From Amycolatopsis sp. (lineage in GTDB: Bacteria > Actinomycetota > Actinomycetes > Mycobacteriales > Pseudonocardiaceae): a stretch of DNA of 64,000 nucleotides. Position 1 is the stretch's first letter; each line of letters starts with the position of its first letter. Where the stretch lies: assembly GCA_036502365.1 (NCBI GenBank), contig DASXYS010000219.1, forward strand, positions 8 through 64,007, read 5' to 3'. The notes under the pieces are model-generated. The model saw nothing but the letters and a program-made list of their open reading frames with translations. It did not search any database and was not told the origin of the DNA. Below, one piece after another: positions 10,613-20,717 of this stretch. The position numbers were made by a program, and so were the translations under genes.

Positions 10613-11056
10613 ATGATGAAAAAGCTTGCGCCCAAACGCGCCCGTATCGCCTCCGTCGTCGCGGCGTTCGCGGTGACCTCGCTGGTTTCGGCGGGCTTCG
10701 CGGCGGCACCGGCTTCGGCGGCTCCGAACAGCGCCATGTGGCTCTGCAGCGGCACCGCTTCCGGGGTCATCGGGAAGTGGGGCCCGGTCTCGAAGAAGTG
10801 CGAGTACACCAGCCCGGCCAGCGGCTGGAGCGGCAAGCTCCGCGTCTACTGGAGCGTGCAGGAGAGCACCAACCAGTCCGCGTGCGTCGAGGCTCGGATG
10901 AGCAAGGCCGTGCACCCGGGCGCCTGGCAGTCGGTCAGCTGCGGCACCAAGGGCACGGGCACGATCAAGTGGCCGTCGAACACGGCGTCCATGCTCGAGG
11001 TCCGGGTGAAGGCCAACCCCACCTCACTGGCCGCGAACGTCGACTACCACATCTGA
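10613..11056 (+). CDS. small secreted protein of unknown function with 4 Cys
   Basis: Basic N-terminus, hydrophobic core, ASA/AP cleavage site; GC3-rich codons. Confidence 0.75.
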   Translation: MMKKLAPKRARIASVVAAFAVTSLVSAGFAAAPASAAPNSAMWLCSGTASGVIGKWGPVSKKCEYTSPASGWSGKLRVYWSVQESTNQSACVEARMSKAVHPGAWQSVSCGTKGTGTIKWPSNTASMLEVRVKANPTSLAANVDYHI

Positions 11057-11086
11057 CGGTCAAGTGATCCGGCGCCGGGGCGGGGC

Positions 11087-11619
11087 TCAGCCGAGTTCCG
11101 CCCCGGCGAGCTGGATCGTCTCCTCGGCCAGCGTGGTCAGACCGGGTTCCCGAGCCACGGCCGCGCGGGCCAGCCGCGTGACGTCGTCAGCCCGCTCGCC
11201 GAATCGGCCACGTCGATCCGGGCGAACCCGCGGTCCAGCAGGCCGCGCGCGTCCTCGAACCGCCCGCGTGCCAGGGCTTTCACCGCACCCAGCGCGTTGG
11301 CCGGCGCGCTCGCCGGGCGGGACCAGAACAGCGGCACACCGGTGAACCGCACGAACAACAGCCGCCGCACGGGCGAGTGCAAGAAGTCCGGCGAGGTGCG
11401 CAGCGCGGCGAACGGCCGGACCCGCTCCAGCACCGATCGCGTCTGGGCGGCACCGGCAGTGAGCCGGCCGTCCGGGACCACCCACTCCACGTCGATGTCG
11501 CTGCAGGCGTCCGCGGTCCCGGCCGCGAGCGAGCCGAGCAGTCCCGCGCGAGCGCCGGGGATGGCCGCAGTCAGCGCCGTGATCACCGCCCCGGCCAGCT
11601 CGTCCCGCGCCGGCGTCAC
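11087..11619 (-). pseudogene. nucleotidyltransferase-domain gene, apparently frameshifted near 11190-11200
   Basis: GTGA-coupled to sdhB stop; GSLAAGTADACSDID Pol-beta NTase motif; plausible C-terminus (DDVTRLARAAVAREPGL...) lies in a different frame. Confidence 0.55.
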
Positions 11620-12368
11620 CGATCGCGGCGGAAGAGCTTGTTGCCCAGCCAGACGATCGGGTCGTACTTCTGGTCGGCGACCCGCTCCTTCATCGGGATC
11701 AGCGCGTTGTCGGTGATGTGGATGCCTTCCGGGCACACCTCGGTGCAGCACTTGGTGATGTTGCACAGGCCGAGGCCGTGCTCCTCCTGCGCGGCGTCCC
11801 GGCGGTCGGCGACGTCGAGCGGGTGCATCTCCAGCTCGGCGATCCGCATCAGGTACCGCGGCCCGGCGAAGTTCTCCTTGTTCTCTTCGTGGTCGCGCAC
11901 CACGTGACAGGTGTTCTGGCACAGGAAGCACTCGATGCACTTGCGGAACTCCTGCGAGCGCTCGACGTCCACCTGCTGCATCCGGTACTCCCCCGGCTGC
12001 AGGTCCTTCGGCGGCGTGAACGACGGGATCTCCCGCGCCTTGGCGTAGTTGAACGACACGTCGGTGACCAGGTCGCGGATCACCGGGAAGGTGCGCAGCG
12101 GCGTGACGGTGACGACCTCGTCCTCGGTGAACGTGGACATCCGCGTCATGCACAGCAGCCGCGGCTTGCCGTTGATCTCCGCCGAGCACGAGCCGCACTT
12201 GCCCGCCTTGCAGTTCCAGCGCACGGCGAGGTCCGAGACCTGGGTGGCCTGCAGGCGGTGGATGATGTCGAGCACCACCTCGCCCTCGTTCACCTCGACC
12301 TTGAAGTCCTGCAGCTCGCCGCCGCTGTCGTCGCCGCGCCAGACCCGGAAACTGGCCTTGTAACTCAC
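11616..12368 (-). CDS. sdhB: succinate dehydrogenase iron-sulfur subunit (Sdh1 type)
   Basis: CKAGKCGSC, CIECFLC, CNITKCCTEVCP cluster motifs. Confidence 0.93.
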   Translation of the reverse strand: MSYKASFRVWRGDDSGGELQDFKVEVNEGEVVLDIIHRLQATQVSDLAVRWNCKAGKCGSCSAEINGKPRLLCMTRMSTFTEDEVVTVTPLRTFPVIRDLVTDVSFNYAKAREIPSFTPPKDLQPGEYRMQQVDVERSQEFRKCIECFLCQNTCHVVRDHEENKENFAGPRYLMRIAELEMHPLDVADRRDAAQEEHGLGLCNITKCCTEVCPEGIHITDNALIPMKERVADQKYDPIVWLGNKLFRRDR

Positions 12369-14284
12369 GAGTCCCTCCCGGGGTGGCTCTCGAGCTCGCC
12401 GTCGGTGTAGTACTTGCCCAGCTCGTCGAGCTCGAACAGCTCCAGCAGGTCCTGGCGCAGCGGGAGCTGCTCGGCCACCACCACGTCGACGTCCGGGACC
12501 GTCGGGTTGTCCCCCGCGACGGCGGAGCAGACCAGCAGCTTGTGCCGCCACTCCGCGTCCATGCCCGGATAGTCGTCGCGCGTGTGGCCGCCGCGGCTCT
12601 CGGTGCGGGTGAGCGCGGCGCGGGCCACGCATTCGCTGACCAGCAGCATGTTGCGCAGGTCGACGGCGAGGTGCCAGCCCGGGTTGAACTGCCGGTGCCC
12701 CTCCACCGTCACACGCAGGATCCGCTGCCGGATCTCGCCGAGCTTCTCCAGCGCCTGCCGGATCTCGCCGGCCTTGCGGATGATGCCGACCAGATCGTTC
12801 ATCGACTGCTGCAGTTCGGTGTGCAGGGTGTAGGGGTTCTCGGCGACGCCGTCTTCGGGCGGGTCGAACGGCGCCAGCGCCATCTTCGCCGCAGCGTCCA
12901 CATCGGACTCCTCGACCTTCGGCCTGCTCTCGCCGAGCCCGCCGACGTAGGCCGCCGCGCCCAGCCCGGCCCGGCGGCCGAACACCAGCAGGTCGGACAG
13001 CGAGTTGCCGCCGAGCCGGTTGGAGCCGTGCATGCCGCCGGAGCACTCGCCCGCCGCGAACAGGCCCGGCACGCTCGCCGCGCCGGTGTCCGGGTCCACC
13101 TCGATGCCGCCCATCACGTAGTGGCAGGTGGGGCCGACCTCCATGGCCTCCTTGGTGATGTCGACGTCGGCCAGCTCCTTGAACTGGTGGTACATCGACG
13201 GCAGCCGGCGGCGGATCTCCTCGGCTGGCAGCCGGCTCGCGATGTCGAGGAACACCCCGCCGTGCGGGGAGCCGCGGCCCTCCTTGACCTCCGAGTTGAT
13301 CGCGCGCGCCACCTCGTCACGCGGCAGCAGGTCCGGCGTGCGGCGGTTGTTGTCCGCGTCGGCGTACCAGCGGTCGGCCTCCTCGACGCTGTCCGCGTAC
13401 TGACCCTTGAACACGTCCGGCACGTAGCCGAACATGAACCGCTCGTCGTCGGAGTTCTTCAGCACGCCGCCGTCGCCGCGGACGCCCTCGGTCACGAGGA
13501 TGCCCTTCACACTCGGCGGCCAGACCATCCCGGTGGGGTGGAACTGGACGAACTCCATGTTGATCAGCTTCGCGCCCGCGCGCAGGGCCAGCGCGTGGCC
13601 GTCGCCGGTGTACTCCCACGAGTTCGACGTGACCTTGAACGACTTGCCGATGCCGCCCGTCGCGAGCACCACGGCGGGCGCGTCGAACAGGACGAACCGG
13701 CCGCTCTCGCGCCAGTAGCCGAACGCGCCGGCCACCGCGCCGCCGTCGAGCAGCAGCTCGGTCACGGTGCACTCGGCGAAGACCTTGATCCGCGCCTCGT
13801 AGTCGCCGAACTTCGCGAAATCCTCCTGCTGCAGCGAAACGATCTTCTGCTGCATCGTGCGGATCAGCTCGAGCCCGGTCCGGTCGCCGACGTGCGCCAG
13901 CCGCGGGTAGGTGTGCCCGCCGAAGTTGCGCTGGCTGATCCGGCCGTCGGCGGTGCGGTCGAACAGCGCGCCGTAGGTCTCCAGCTCCCAGACCCGGTCC
14001 GGCGCCTCCTTGGCGTGCAGCTCGGCCATCCGCCAGTTGTTCAGGAACTTCCCGCCGCGCATGGTGTCGCGGAAGTGCACCTGCCAGTTGTCATTGGAGT
14101 TCGCGTTGCCCATCGACGCCGCGCAGCCGCCCTCGGCCATCACAGTGTGAGCCTTGCCGAACAAGGACTTGCACACCACAGCGACGCTGTAACCCTGTTC
14201 GCGCGCCTCGATCACCGCGCGCAGACCGGCACCGCCGGCACCGATCACCACCACGTCGTAGCTGTGCCGTTCGACCTCGGTCAT
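12365..14284 (-). CDS. sdhA: succinate dehydrogenase flavoprotein subunit (Sdh1 type)
   Basis: GAGGAG FAD motif, AHTVMAEGG, QFHPT, HYVMGG, HGSNRLGGNSL. Confidence 0.94.
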   Translation of the reverse strand: MTEVERHSYDVVVIGAGGAGLRAVIEAREQGYSVAVVCKSLFGKAHTVMAEGGCAASMGNANSNDNWQVHFRDTMRGGKFLNNWRMAELHAKEAPDRVWELETYGALFDRTADGRISQRNFGGHTYPRLAHVGDRTGLELIRTMQQKIVSLQQEDFAKFGDYEARIKVFAECTVTELLLDGGAVAGAFGYWRESGRFVLFDAPAVVLATGGIGKSFKVTSNSWEYTGDGHALALRAGAKLINMEFVQFHPTGMVWPPSVKGILVTEGVRGDGGVLKNSDDERFMFGYVPDVFKGQYADSVEEADRWYADADNNRRTPDLLPRDEVARAINSEVKEGRGSPHGGVFLDIASRLPAEEIRRRLPSMYHQFKELADVDITKEAMEVGPTCHYVMGGIEVDPDTGAASVPGLFAAGECSGGMHGSNRLGGNSLSDLLVFGRRAGLGAAAYVGGLGESRPKVEESDVDAAAKMALAPFDPPEDGVAENPYTLHTELQQSMNDLVGIIRKAGEIRQALEKLGEIRQRILRVTVEGHRQFNPGWHLAVDLRNMLLVSECVARAALTRTESRGGHTRDDYPGMDAEWRHKLLVCSAVAGDNPTVPDVDVVVAEQLPLRQDLLELFELDELGKYYTDGELESHPGRDS

Positions 14285-14368
14285 GAATAGAGCCACCTCG
14301 AGAGCTGCTGGACGCCGTTGTTCTTCGTTGCTGCCGGTTTTCGCTACCCGCCGGTGCGGATGCCGACG

Positions 14369-15199
14369 CTAACCCACGAAACGCAGGTCCGCGATGGCTC
14401 CGCTCGACACGAGCATCACGTAGAGATCGGTCAGCACGAGGGTGCCGAGGGTCGTCCACGCGAGGGTCATGTGGCGGGTGTTGAGTTTCGAAACCTTGGT
14501 CCACACCCAGTACCGCACGGGATGCTTCGAGAAGTGCTTGAGCCTGCCGCCGGTCACGTGCCGGCACGAGTGGCAGGACAGCGTGTACGCCCACAACAGC
14601 ACCACGTTCGCGACCAGGATGATGTTGCCGAGCCCGAAGCCGAAGCCGCTCGGGCTGTGGAACGCCATCACCGCGTCGTAGGTGTTGACCAGCGAGACGA
14701 TCGTCGCCACGTAGAAGAAGTAGCGGTGCACGTTCTGGATGATCAGCGGCAGCCGCGTCTCCCCCGAATACCGCGCGTGCGGCTCGGCGACCGCGCACGC
14801 CGGCGGCGAGAACCAGACCGAGCGGTAGTAGGCCTTGCGGTAGTAGTAACAGGTCAGCCGGAAGCCGAGCAGGAACGGCAGCACCAGCGCCCCGAGCGGG
14901 AGCCAGCTCGGGAAGGCGCCGAACCAGTGCCCGAAGTGGCTCGAGCCGGCGACGCAGGAGGTGGAGACACAGGGCGAGTAGAACGGCGTCAGATAGTGGT
15001 AATCGGGCACCCAGTAGGCGGTGCGCACGAAGGCCCGGACCGTCGCGTAAACGATGAAAGTGGCCAGCCCCAGCACAGTGAGCAGGGGCTGCAGCCACCA
15101 TCGGTCGGTCCGCAGGGTCCGGTCGGCGATCCGGGCCCGGCCCGGTGCGCGAACACCGGTGCCTTCCCGGCTGACGTCGTTGTCAGTGGGAGCGCTCAC
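14369..15199 (-). CDS. Sdh1 membrane anchor (Rv0249c-like)
   Basis: LRTDRWW, PFYSPC, FRLTCYYYRKAYYRS, SCHSCRH; several TM segments; operon position. Confidence 0.85.
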   Translation of the reverse strand: MSAPTDNDVSREGTGVRAPGRARIADRTLRTDRWWLQPLLTVLGLATFIVYATVRAFVRTAYWVPDYHYLTPFYSPCVSTSCVAGSSHFGHWFGAFPSWLPLGALVLPFLLGFRLTCYYYRKAYYRSVWFSPPACAVAEPHARYSGETRLPLIIQNVHRYFFYVATIVSLVNTYDAVMAFHSPSGFGFGLGNIILVANVVLLWAYTLSCHSCRHVTGGRLKHFSKHPVRYWVWTKVSKLNTRHMTLAWTTLGTLVLTDLYVMLVSSGAIADLRFVG

Positions 15200-15483
15200 C
15201 GCTGGTCGCGTTGGTAGCCACCGACACCCTCGTCGTCAGCGCCCTGCCAGAGCGCCGGGTCGTACGGGGTGTCCGGCACTGGGACGCGGTCCACGGGTTT
15301 CGCCTGGGCCGGCACGGCGGGCGGGTGCCCGTCCAGATCGGCGGTGTCGATGTCGAGCCGCTCGACGTCGTTGGCCAGCCGGCGCACGGCCGACGCGTCG
15401 CCGTACCGGGAGCGCAGGGCGCCCACACACTGCCGTAGCTGGCCAATGGTGCGCCGCAGTTCAGTGAGTTCGGTGGTGGACAT
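15196..15483 (-). CDS. small Sdh1-operon protein (Rv0250c-like)
   Basis: VPDTPYDPALWQGADDEGVGG C-terminus; GGAGG RBS; overlaps the anchor start. Confidence 0.8.
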   Translation of the reverse strand: MSTTELTELRRTIGQLRQCVGALRSRYGDASAVRRLANDVERLDIDTADLDGHPPAVPAQAKPVDRVPVPDTPYDPALWQGADDEGVGGYQRDQR

Positions 15484-15565
15484 CGGGTGCCTCCCTCTTC
15501 TCTGCGCTGACAGGACCGGGGTGACGATCACATCGCCGCCTACGACTCTGCCCCGCTGTGTGCAC

Positions 15566-15676
15566 TGTGACAAGTAGCACATCCACTAAGCCGAGAGTGA
15601 TCGGGCTCACCTCTAGGGGTTTTCTGAATCGATTTTGATAAGGCGGCTCCGACCAGCTACCGTGGCTGACGTCACG
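15566..15676. promoter_or_regulatory. three CRP/GlxR-like sites in the sdh1/edd divergent region
   Basis: TGTGA-N6-GCACA (15566-15581), AGTGA-N6-TCACC (15596-15611), CGTGG-N6-TCACG (15661-15676). Confidence 0.6.
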
Positions 15677-15739
15677 TTCCTGCGACGCCAGAGCTGCCGT
15701 CCCGCGGACCCCCCACCCCCAGTGAGCCGGGAGCCGGAC

Positions 15740-17722
15740 ATGAACAGCATCCCGAACCAGCCCGCCGAACAGACCCCCATGCACCCCGTCGTCGCCGAAG
15801 TCACCGCCCGCATCGTGGAGCGCAGTGCGGCGACGCGCGGGGCCTATCTCGAACGCAGCGCCGCGGCGCACGACGAAGGACCGGTCCGCCGCGGCCTGGC
15901 CTGCAGCAACCTCGCGCACGGCTTCGCCGCGATGGACGGCGTCGACAAGGCCGCGCTGCGCGAAGCCCGCGCGCCGGGCGTCGCGATCATTTCCTCTTAC
16001 AACGACATGCTTTCCGCGCACCAGCCGATGCAGGAGTACCCGGCCTGGCTGAAGAAGTCGGTGCGCGAGGCCGGCGGCGTCGCCCAGTTCGCCGGCGGCG
16101 TGCCCGCGATGTGCGATGGGATCACGCAAGGCCGCCCGGGCATGGAGCTGTCGCTCTTCAGCCGCGAGGTGATCGCGATGGCGACGGCGATCGCGTTGTC
16201 GCACGACATGTTCGACGCCGCGCTGCTGCTGGGCGTGTGCGACAAGATCGTGCCGGGTCTGCTGGCCGGCGCACTGTCCTTCGGGCACCTGCCGGCGATC
16301 CTCGTGCCCGCGGGGCCGATGAACTCCGGCCTGCCGAACAAGGAGAAGGCCCGCGTTCGGCAGCTGTACGCCGAGGGCCTCGCGACCCGCGAAGATCTTC
16401 TCGACGCCGAAGCGGCTTCGTACCATTCCGCGGGAACCTGCACGTTTTACGGCACCGCCAACTCGAACCAGATGGTGGTCGAGGTGATGGGCCTGCACCT
16501 GCCCGGCGCCAGCTTCGTCCAGCCGAACTCGGCGCTGCGGCGAGCGCTGACCGAGGAGGCCGGGCGGCGCATGGTCCGGCTGTCGCGCGGCGAGTCGTAC
16601 ACGCCGATTTCCCTTGTGCTGGACGAAAAGGCGTTCGTCAACGGCGTCATCACCCTGCTGGCCACGGGCGGCTCGACCAACCACACGATGCACCTGGTCT
16701 CGATCGCCGCCGCGGCGGGCATCCAGCTGACCTGGGACGACTTCTCGGACCTGTCCGCGGTGGTGCCGCTGCTGGCGCGGGTGTACCCGAACGGCAGCGC
16801 GGACATCAACCACTTCCATGCCGCCGGCGGCATCCAGTTCCTGGTGGGCACGCTGCTCGACGCGGGGCTGCTGCACGAGGACGTGCACACCGTCGCCGGG
16901 TTCGGGCTGCGCCGCTACACCCAGGAGCCGATCCTGTCCGACGGCGAGCTGGTGTGGCGCGACGTGCCCACCCGCAGCCTCGACGAAGACGTGCTGCGCC
17001 CGGCGGGGCGGCCGTTCGCCCCGGACGGCGGGCTGCGGATGGTCGCGGGCAACCTCGGCCGGGCGGTGACCAAGGTTTCGGCCGTGGCGCCGGAGCACCG
17101 CGTGGTGCAGGCGCCGGCGCGGGTGTTCACGTCGCAGGAGGCGTTCAAGGCGGCGTTCGAGGCCGGCGAGCTGGACCGCGACGTGGTGGTCGTGCTGCGG
17201 CAGCAGGGCCCGCAGGCCAACGGGATGCCGGAGCTGCACGGCCTCACGCCGGCGCTCGGCGTGCTGATGGACCGGGGCCACCAGGTGGCGTTGCTCACCG
17301 ACGGCCGCATGTCGGGCGCCTCGGGCAAGATCCCGGCGGCGATCCAGCTGACGCCGGAAGCCGCCGTGGGCGGGCCGATCGGGCGGATCGCCGACGGCGA
17401 CGTGATCCGTCTCGACGCCCGTTCCGGCACGCTGGACGTGCTGGTGGGTGCCGAAGAACTCGCCCGCCGCGACCTGGTGGACGCACCCCCGTCCGAGGCA
17501 TCCTGGACCGGCACCGGGCGGGAGCTGTTCGGGGCGCTGCGCCGCGCGGTCGGCCCCGCCGACCAGGGCGCGAGCGTCTTCGGGGCGCTCACGCCGGAGC
17601 TGGACCTCTTCCGCGGGGTCCAGGGGGCGCCGCCCCAAGGCCGTGGCCCGGGGTTCGGTCCCGGAGAATTCGGCCTGCCCGCTTTGGAAACCGCTTTCGA
17701 AACCCAGGAGGTCGGTCAGTGA
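15740..17722 (+). CDS. edd: phosphogluconate dehydratase
   Basis: [46 protein letters not shown]; alternative start at 15779. Confidence 0.93.
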   Translation: MNSIPNQPAEQTPMHPVVAEVTARIVERSAATRGAYLERSAAAHDEGPVRRGLACSNLAHGFAAMDGVDKAALREARAPGVAIISSYNDMLSAHQPMQEYPAWLKKSVREAGGVAQFAGGVPAMCDGITQGRPGMELSLFSREVIAMATAIALSHDMFDAALLLGVCDKIVPGLLAGALSFGHLPAILVPAGPMNSGLPNKEKARVRQLYAEGLATREDLLDAEAASYHSAGTCTFYGTANSNQMVVEVMGLHLPGASFVQPNSALRRALTEEAGRRMVRLSRGESYTPISLVLDEKAFVNGVITLLATGGSTNHTMHLVSIAAAAGIQLTWDDFSDLSAVVPLLARVYPNGSADINHFHAAGGIQFLVGTLLDAGLLHEDVHTVAGFGLRRYTQEPILSDGELVWRDVPTRSLDEDVLRPAGRPFAPDGGLRMVAGNLGRAVTKVSAVAPEHRVVQAPARVFTSQEAFKAAFEAGELDRDVVVVLRQQGPQANGMPELHGLTPALGVLMDRGHQVALLTDGRMSGASGKIPAAIQLTPEAAVGGPIGRIADGDVIRLDARSGTLDVLVGAEELARRDLVDAPPSEASWTGTGRELFGALRRAVGPADQGASVFGALTPELDLFRGVQGAPPQGRGPGFGPGEFGLPALETAFETQEVGQ

Positions 17723-18345
17723 CCACCGGCACGGATCTGCTCGAGCTGTCCCCTGTGATGCCCGTCGTGGTGATCGACGACGTCGGCGACGCGGTGCCCA
17801 CCGCACGCGCCCTGCTCGCCGGCGGCATCAAGGTGATCGAGCTGACCCTGCGCACGCCCGTGGCGCTCGCCGCGATCGAGCGCGTGGCCGCGGAGGTGCC
17901 GGACATCGTGATCGGCGCCGGCACCGTGACCAGCGCCGACCAGGCCAAGCAGGCCGCCGACGCGGGCGCGAAGTTCCTCGTGACACCGGGCTGCACGGAC
18001 ACCGTTCTCGAAGCCGCCTTCGCGACCGGCCTGCCGTTCCTCCCGGGCGCCGCCACGGTGTCGGAAGCGATGCGCCTGGCCGAACGAGGCCTGACCGCGC
18101 TGAAGTTCTTCCCCGCGGAGGCCAGCGGCGGCGTGGACTACCTGAAGTCCATCGCCGGCCCGCTGCCGTCCCTGCGCTTCTGCCCGACCGGCGGCATCAC
18201 CGCGGCCACCGCCCCGGCCTACCTGGCCCTGCCGAACGTCGGCTGCATCGGCGGCTCCTGGCTGACCCCGAAGAAGGCACTGGCCGCCAAGGACTTCGCG
18301 ACGGTCGAGTCCCTCGCCGCGGCAGCCGCGAAACTCGGCGCCTGA
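17719..18345 (+). CDS. eda: KDPG/KHG aldolase
   Basis: IELTLRT, GAGTV, LKFFPA, FCPTGGI; GTGA overlap with edd. Confidence 0.93.
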   Translation: MTTGTDLLELSPVMPVVVIDDVGDAVPTARALLAGGIKVIELTLRTPVALAAIERVAAEVPDIVIGAGTVTSADQAKQAADAGAKFLVTPGCTDTVLEAAFATGLPFLPGAATVSEAMRLAERGLTALKFFPAEASGGVDYLKSIAGPLPSLRFCPTGGITAATAPAYLALPNVGCIGGSWLTPKKALAAKDFATVESLAAAAAKLGA

Positions 18346-18360
18346 CTCCTGGCTTTTGTG

Positions 18361-18396
18361 CCGCCGTTCCCCACGGTCAGTTCCGGGGAGCGGCGG
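18361..18396. terminator. hairpin between convergent eda and recX
   Basis: CCGCCGTTCCCC...GGGGAGCGGCGG inverted repeat. Confidence 0.5.
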
Positions 18397-18531
18397 TCTC
18401 TTGGACAGTCCGCGCCGGTTCTTCGCCCAAGCTCCCCGCCGATTTTCCCGGCGCCCCAAGGAAAACCGGCGTTCACCCTTCGCCCGCTCCCCCGACCGGC
18501 AGCACCGCGTGGCGCCGCCGCTCGTGGCCGG

Positions 18532-19089
18532 TCATTCGATGACAGCGTCGTCCAGGATGGTGGACTCGGCGCCGTACTCACGCAGTTCGTCGCGGATGAC
18601 GGTGTAGGCCAGCCCCTGGGGGTAGCCCTTGCGCCCGAGGAAGCCGAGCAGACGGCGGATGGCCGTCTGCTCGTCGACGTTACCCAGGGAGCCCAGGCGT
18701 TTGCGGACCAGCTCGCGGGCCCGCTGCTCCTCGGCCTCGCGGTCGACCTCGCTCGCGGCCTGGACGGCGATCTCGTCGTCAACGCCCTTGCGCCGCAGCT
18801 CGGCGACGAGCGCGGTGCGGGAGAGGCCCTGGTTGGCGTGCCGGGAACGGACCCAGATCTCGGCGAACTCCGCGTCGTTGATCAGCCCCGCCCGGTCCAG
18901 TTTGCCGAGCAGGGTCTCGATCGTCGCCTCGTCGAACCCCTTGCGGTGCAAGGCCTGCCGGAGTTCGTCGCCTGTGCGGGGCCGCATGGCCAGCAGATCG
19001 AAGCAGATCTCCTTGGCCTTCTTCGCCCGCTCCTCCGGCGGCAGCTCCGCCGGATCCACCTTCGGCGCCCTCGCCACAACCGCTCCCAT
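18532..19089 (-). CDS. recX: regulatory protein RecX
   Basis: RPRTGDEL..L.RKGF, INDAEFA, ELRRKGV, LGRKGY; directly downstream of recA. Confidence 0.92.
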   Translation of the reverse strand: MGAVVARAPKVDPAELPPEERAKKAKEICFDLLAMRPRTGDELRQALHRKGFDEATIETLLGKLDRAGLINDAEFAEIWVRSRHANQGLSRTALVAELRRKGVDDEIAVQAASEVDREAEEQRARELVRKRLGSLGNVDEQTAIRRLLGFLGRKGYPQGLAYTVIRDELREYGAESTILDDAVIE

Positions 19090-19154
19090 CACCAGAACTC
19101 AGGTGACCGCGGCTGACGAACCGCGGCCACCGGAAACACGGGCCTCCGCTCGAC

Positions 19155-20210
19155 TCAGAAGTCGACGGGGGCGGGCACCGCGTCGACGGCCGCGGCCTCG
19201 GCGTCGACCTGTGCGCCGATGCCCAGCTTCTCCTTGATCCGCTTCTCGATCTCGTTGGCGATGTCCGGGTTGTCGAGCAGGAACTTCCGCGCGTTTTCCT
19301 TGCCCTGGCCGAGCTGGTCGCCCTCGTAGGTGTACCAGGCACCGGACTTGCGCAGGATGCCCTGGTCGACGCCCATGTCGATGAGCGAGCCCTCGCGGGA
19401 GATGCCGTGGCCGTAGAGGATGTCGAACTCGGCCTGCTTGAACGGCGGCGCGACCTTGTTCTTGACGACCTTCACCCGGGTGCGGTTGCCGACCGGCTCG
19501 CCGCCGTCCTTCAGGGTCTCGATGCGGCGCACGTCGAGGCGGACCGAGGCGTAGAACTTGAGCGCCTTGCCACCGGTCGTCGTCTCCGGGGAGCCGAACA
19601 TGACGCCGATCTTCTCGCGCAGCTGGTTGATGAAGATCGCGGTGGTGCCGGAGTTGTTCATCGCACCGGTCATCTTCCGCAGCGCCTGGCTCATCAGGCG
19701 GGCCTGCAGGCCGACGTGGTTGTCGCCCATCTCGCCCTCGATCTCGGCGCGCGGCACGAGCGCGGCGACCGAGTCGATGACCAGGATGTCGAGCGCGCCC
19801 GAGCGGATCAGCATGTCCGCGATCTCCAGCGCCTGCTCACCGGTGTCCGGCTGGGAGACCAGCAGCGCGTCGGTGTCCACGCCCAGCTTCTTGGCGTACT
19901 CCGGGTCCAGCGCGTGCTCCGCGTCGATGAACGCCGCGATGCCGCCGTTCCGCTGTGCGTTGGCCACCGAATGCAGGGCGACGGTCGTCTTACCGGAGGA
20001 CTCCGGGCCGTAGATCTCGACGACCCGGCCCCGCGGCAGCCCGCCGATCCCGAGCGCGACGTCGAGCGCGATCGCCCCGGTCGGGATCACGGCGATGGGG
20101 GCGCGGCCCTCTTCGCCGAGGCGCATCACGGAGCCCTTGCCGTACTGCTTGTCGATCTGGGCCAGGGCGAGCTCGAGCGCCTTGTCCTTGTCGGGTGCTG
20201 CTGGTGCCAT
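19155..20210 (-). CDS. recA: recombinase RecA
   Basis: [37 protein letters not shown]. Confidence 0.99.
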   Translation of the reverse strand: MAPAAPDKDKALELALAQIDKQYGKGSVMRLGEEGRAPIAVIPTGAIALDVALGIGGLPRGRVVEIYGPESSGKTTVALHSVANAQRNGGIAAFIDAEHALDPEYAKKLGVDTDALLVSQPDTGEQALEIADMLIRSGALDILVIDSVAALVPRAEIEGEMGDNHVGLQARLMSQALRKMTGAMNNSGTTAIFINQLREKIGVMFGSPETTTGGKALKFYASVRLDVRRIETLKDGGEPVGNRTRVKVVKNKVAPPFKQAEFDILYGHGISREGSLIDMGVDQGILRKSGAWYTYEGDQLGQGKENARKFLLDNPDIANEIEKRIKEKLGIGAQVDAEAAAVDAVPAPVDF

Positions 20211-20280
20211 GGGAAGTCCACCTCGCTGGTTGGGCCTGTGGGGCTTGTTCGGTTGTCCAGATCAAGCTCTGTTCGGTCCG

Positions 20281-20302
20281 ACGCTACGGGCAGGGACCGA
20301 CA
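20281..20302 (-). promoter_or_regulatory. PafBC (RecA-NDp) promoter motif of recA
   Basis: Minus strand reads TGTCGG-N10-TAGCGT, matching TGTCGG-N10-TANNNT. Confidence 0.8.
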
Positions 20303-20360
20303 ATTCCAGGCGCGGCGACCGATCTGTGGATCGCTGGCCCCGGTGTGCACAACACCCTAG

Positions 20361-20376
20361 ACGAACACCTGTTCGA
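20361..20376. promoter_or_regulatory. LexA SOS box upstream of recA
   Basis: ACGAAC-ACCT-GTTCGA (consensus TCGAAC-N4-GTTCGA). Confidence 0.85.
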
Positions 20377-20447
20377 GGCGGGAAGCGACACGCCCTTGCG
20401 CTAGAATTTTTCGCCCGTCCGAGTCGACGTGGCGAAGAAACCGCAGG

Positions 20448-20642
20448 TCAGCGTCGCTCCGGCGGGATGTCGAAGGCGGCACAAACCTCGCGCCAGATCT
20501 GTTTGGGCGGAACGCCGGAGCCCAGCGCCTGGTCGATGGTCCGGCCACCGAGCCCGCTGAACACGTGGTCGCTGGTCAGCACCGCGGCCCGGCCGGCACC
20601 GAACTCTTCAGCCATGAGCCGTCGGAAAACCGTGATACGCAT
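20448..20642 (-). CDS. DUF3046 family protein
   Basis: MRITVFRRLMAEEFG...DHV..LGGRT..AL..G...K.IW..VC; usual position upstream of recA in actinomycetes. Confidence 0.85.
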   Translation of the reverse strand: MRITVFRRLMAEEFGAGRAAVLTSDHVFSGLGGRTIDQALGSGVPPKQIWREVCAAFDIPPERR

Positions 20643-20717
20643 CGGCCGAATGCTAACTCGCGCACGACCCGGCGCCGCGAACGGCCCGTTCGCGCCGGAG
20701 CAGGCTCCGGGTTCCGC

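Noticed and set aside
17594-17666. CCGGAG pair as a target-site duplication around the edd insert
   Set aside because: The 67-bp spacing is not a multiple of 3, so clean excision would break the frame; likely chance
19155-20210. Possible intein in recA
   Set aside because: Normal 351-aa length with contiguous motifs
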